This document shows positions 33,687-36,339 of a DNA stretch of 36,339 bases, piece after piece. The notes under the pieces were generated by a model. The model did no database searches and was not told the DNA's origin. It worked only from the letters and a program-made list of their open reading frames with translations. The position numbers were made by a program, and so were the translations under genes. Positions within the stretch are counted from its first letter, which is position 1; each line of letters opens with the position of its first letter. The DNA is from Spirogloea muscicola (lineage: Eukaryota): positions 1,950,545-1,986,883 of the forward strand of contig WELB01000001.1 of the NCBI GenBank assembly GCA_009602725.1, read 5' to 3'.

Positions 33687-35889
33687 TTATTTTGTGCAAA
33701 GGTACACATAGTGGATGTCGGCATCGTCCCAAGTCATACCATGCCCAAGGCTACCGTCCTTTCCGACTATGATAGGTTCAAGAGTGTCTCGCTCGCTGTC
33801 TTCCTCCCTCGTAGACCCAGGCCGAGCTGCATGTCATTGGGCCCTTGAAATCAGAACAATGAGTTCTGCAATGTGTGGATGCATAAACAGTGGCATTGCA
33901 TTCCTGCAGCATTATACAGCTGTCAATTACGACGTCATAAAGATGCACAACAGGTGAGATTATAGGCAGCAAGTCTATGCGTGTCAGAAAAGGGCATGTG
34001 TTCTTCACACGATGTTATGAGGAGACAGCGGACTCTGCCTCTCTTGACAGTCTAATTGCTAGTAGAGGTTGTGAGCATATATGTTCAGCTGTGATGATAA
34101 CTTACGCAGGACATAAATATCGGTGCTCCACTGCAGCCCTGGCTGGGTGAGGTGCGATAATCGTGCTCGAGGATCACCATATGTGACCTGTGCAGCACCG
34201 CTGTGAATGTCAATCTCTGGGGGGGTAACCCAAGTGAGAACATGGTCCTCTCACAAAAGCCGAAGCTAATTACATCCAACAAAAGCTGCATGAAGGTGCA
34301 TGGTCCACAACAAGCAGAACTGCTGCAAAGGTCGTCTCACAAGAGGTTGCAATTTAAGAATAGGGAGACACATAAGAAAAGGGGGCATAACGCTCACAGT
34401 CATGTATACACCCCCATCAGCCAGCACCCTGCGCAAGTTCCAGGGAGGACAAGGCGTTGAATCCAAGCGTGATAGCTTCTATACAAGAGCACAAAGTTCT
34501 CCTGCTTCTTGTTGACAAGGCAAGGCAAGATTCCACTTCCTCAAGCCTGGCTTGGCAAGGGTAAGCCAGATGGTATACGGGCCTGAAAATTTCTAGCAGC
34601 ATGGCTTTGGCATTGTCGTGGGCTTTGTCTCCGCACTGCGCTTGCCACGCTGCTGCAGCTCAGGCCCACAGCAAGCTATCCCCGTGTATGCTTCTGCATT
34701 GTGACCAGCCTATTCAACAGCGAACAACTATGTCGGAGGACTGACATGACATTCAAGTCAGGCTTCCATGGGTAGCTCTTGTCTAAACACAAGGGCAGCT
34801 ACTTCAGGTGCTGTCAGGCAAGAGTATCTCACATATCTGGCTTACCATCAACGAATCAAGTGTGCCTGCATTGACAAAGGGGAGGATGTGCTGATGCATC
34901 GTCAGTCTCTGACTTGGATTTATGGAGAGCCAGACGAGGTTACTGCACTCTGACGAAGCTGCTTATACATCCCGCCTCCCAATCCATGTCCCACTCCTTT
35001 CCTCCCTCCTCTGCCCCACATCACTTAGTGTGTATGGCTAATTATATCTCGAGTGAGAATATACTCTGCACTCTATTTGCAACATGAGCTAGTTTCTTGT
35101 CACAGGTAAAGGATGGACACATACCCTTATCAATAACAGCTCCAAATGAGCAATTGCTAAAGACACCCAGGTTGCGTCCATCCATTTGCATATCTAAGAA
35201 GCAATTTACCATATTGTAACAACAAGCAGCAGTGAAATTTGTCAGACAACTGTCCAGGACTTGTAGTGCTGGTTAGCCTACACACTTGTAGGCAGCTGTG
35301 ATGCAACCCTTTATTGTGTGATATTTCTAAAGACCTAGACAACAAGGTCAAGATCAAAATGATCTGCCATTGGTTTGTTAAAAAGCAGGATGGAGGAGTA
35401 CACTGTAGCTGGAGCATGCCAGCATGCTTCTCCTGCATGATGCGAATGCACACTTCCGATATATCAATGTTCACTATATCCCGATACCCATCGGCAACCA
35501 TGTCCAACGATAAATCTGCAAGGCGCAAACTGCAGGTGGTGTCAGAAATGGAGACAGGAGTCGAGCGCACCACTTACTCAGTAGCCTCGCCACAAGCTGA
35601 CCAACATATCTAACGTGCCGACACCTCTTTGACACAGTCGAGGAAGTGTGAAACCAAACTCAAAATGACCTCAATCCAGACCGTCAAAGAGCAAGCAGCA
35701 GGAGCATAGCCTGAGTGTGGAAGGTGCACCGGAGATGCCGCAGCCAACCATGAGGATGCGTGCGTGGAGCGGGACGAGCTTGCGCAGGAGAGGGCTGAGG
35801 CCGGCATAGCTCTGGTACCAGTCGAAGGCGTCGCTGTTCTTGGCGTACCGCTCGTCCCAGTACCGCGCCTCCCCGTAAGCCAGGCCCAT
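33687..35889 (-). CDS. Class I SAM-dependent methyltransferase, EEF1AKMT4/METTL13 N-terminal-like, 222 aa
   Basis: Exons 35889-35730, 35515-35402, 35193-35125, 34865-34846, 34635-34583, 34428-34398, 34187-34106 and 33826-33687. Motifs: YWDERY, FDWY, ILMVGCG, NIDIS, VIDKGTLDSLMCG, EIFRVL..GGVY..TYGDP and HYVYLCTK*. Confidence 0.93.
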
Positions 35890-36339
35890 GCCAGAGCCCG
35901 CCCTCACTGGGGATGGTCGCCCTTGTCCCTCTGGTCGGGCTTGCCGCAGCAGGAAACGACCTCCCGAGGCGCAACAAGTCTGGAGACGCCCTCGAATCAC
36001 AAAGCGAGCTCAAAGTCAGCATGCGAAGGTCCTGGTTCCAGCTTGCTCGCCGCGCCGCCGAGCCTCTGTGTGGGCGCAGCTCTGACAGCTTGTCAGGGTG
36101 GAAGCCGCCTAAAGGTGTCCGCTGGGACCAAGAGAGAAGGCGTCGCACCTGCCAGGTGGGGCGAGGCGAGGGCCGGCCGTCACGCTCCAGAGGTGGGGCC
36201 GCAGCGGGGCGGCGACGACGGGAAGCGCAGCAGCGCGGCAGCAGACAGCAGGCGCCGGGCAGCGCGCCGGCGGTGGCCGTGGCGGACTGGCTCGCGGCGC
36301 CGGGCAGAGCGAGCCTGCCGGAGGACCGCCCGGGAGGGC

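Overview
This is eukaryotic, intron-rich and gene-dense DNA with GC-rich first exons. The gene set (COX5c-like subunit, SPARK domain, group C-type bZIP, plant-type 'APQFDGLxCxET' protein) points to a streptophyte green alga; that assignment is inference. Eleven spliced protein genes could be assembled by hand with consistent intron phases: a partial conserved unknown protein, COX5c-like, four other proteins under 100 aa, a secreted SPARK-domain protein, ZGPAT-like, an FSH1 serine hydrolase, a bZIP factor and an EEF1AKMT4/METTL13-like methyltransferase. An assembly gap with an Illumina adapter remnant lies at about 20.76 kb. It is followed by a gene-free island holding a decayed CRE/R2-type non-LTR retrotransposon and a decayed Ty1/copia gag-pol fragment. 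The most unusual signal is non-coding: a degenerate, directional ~55-60 bp element (pyrimidine tract + GGGCTGGCY-N-CAGCC dyad with a 7-8 nt spacer + ~11-13 nt + TGGRMRMGC-like box) seen about 20 times. With companion modules it forms shuffled cassettes clustered at gene 5' ends. Three to four of about 44 inferred introns need GC donors. All family assignments come from recalled motifs, not database searches.
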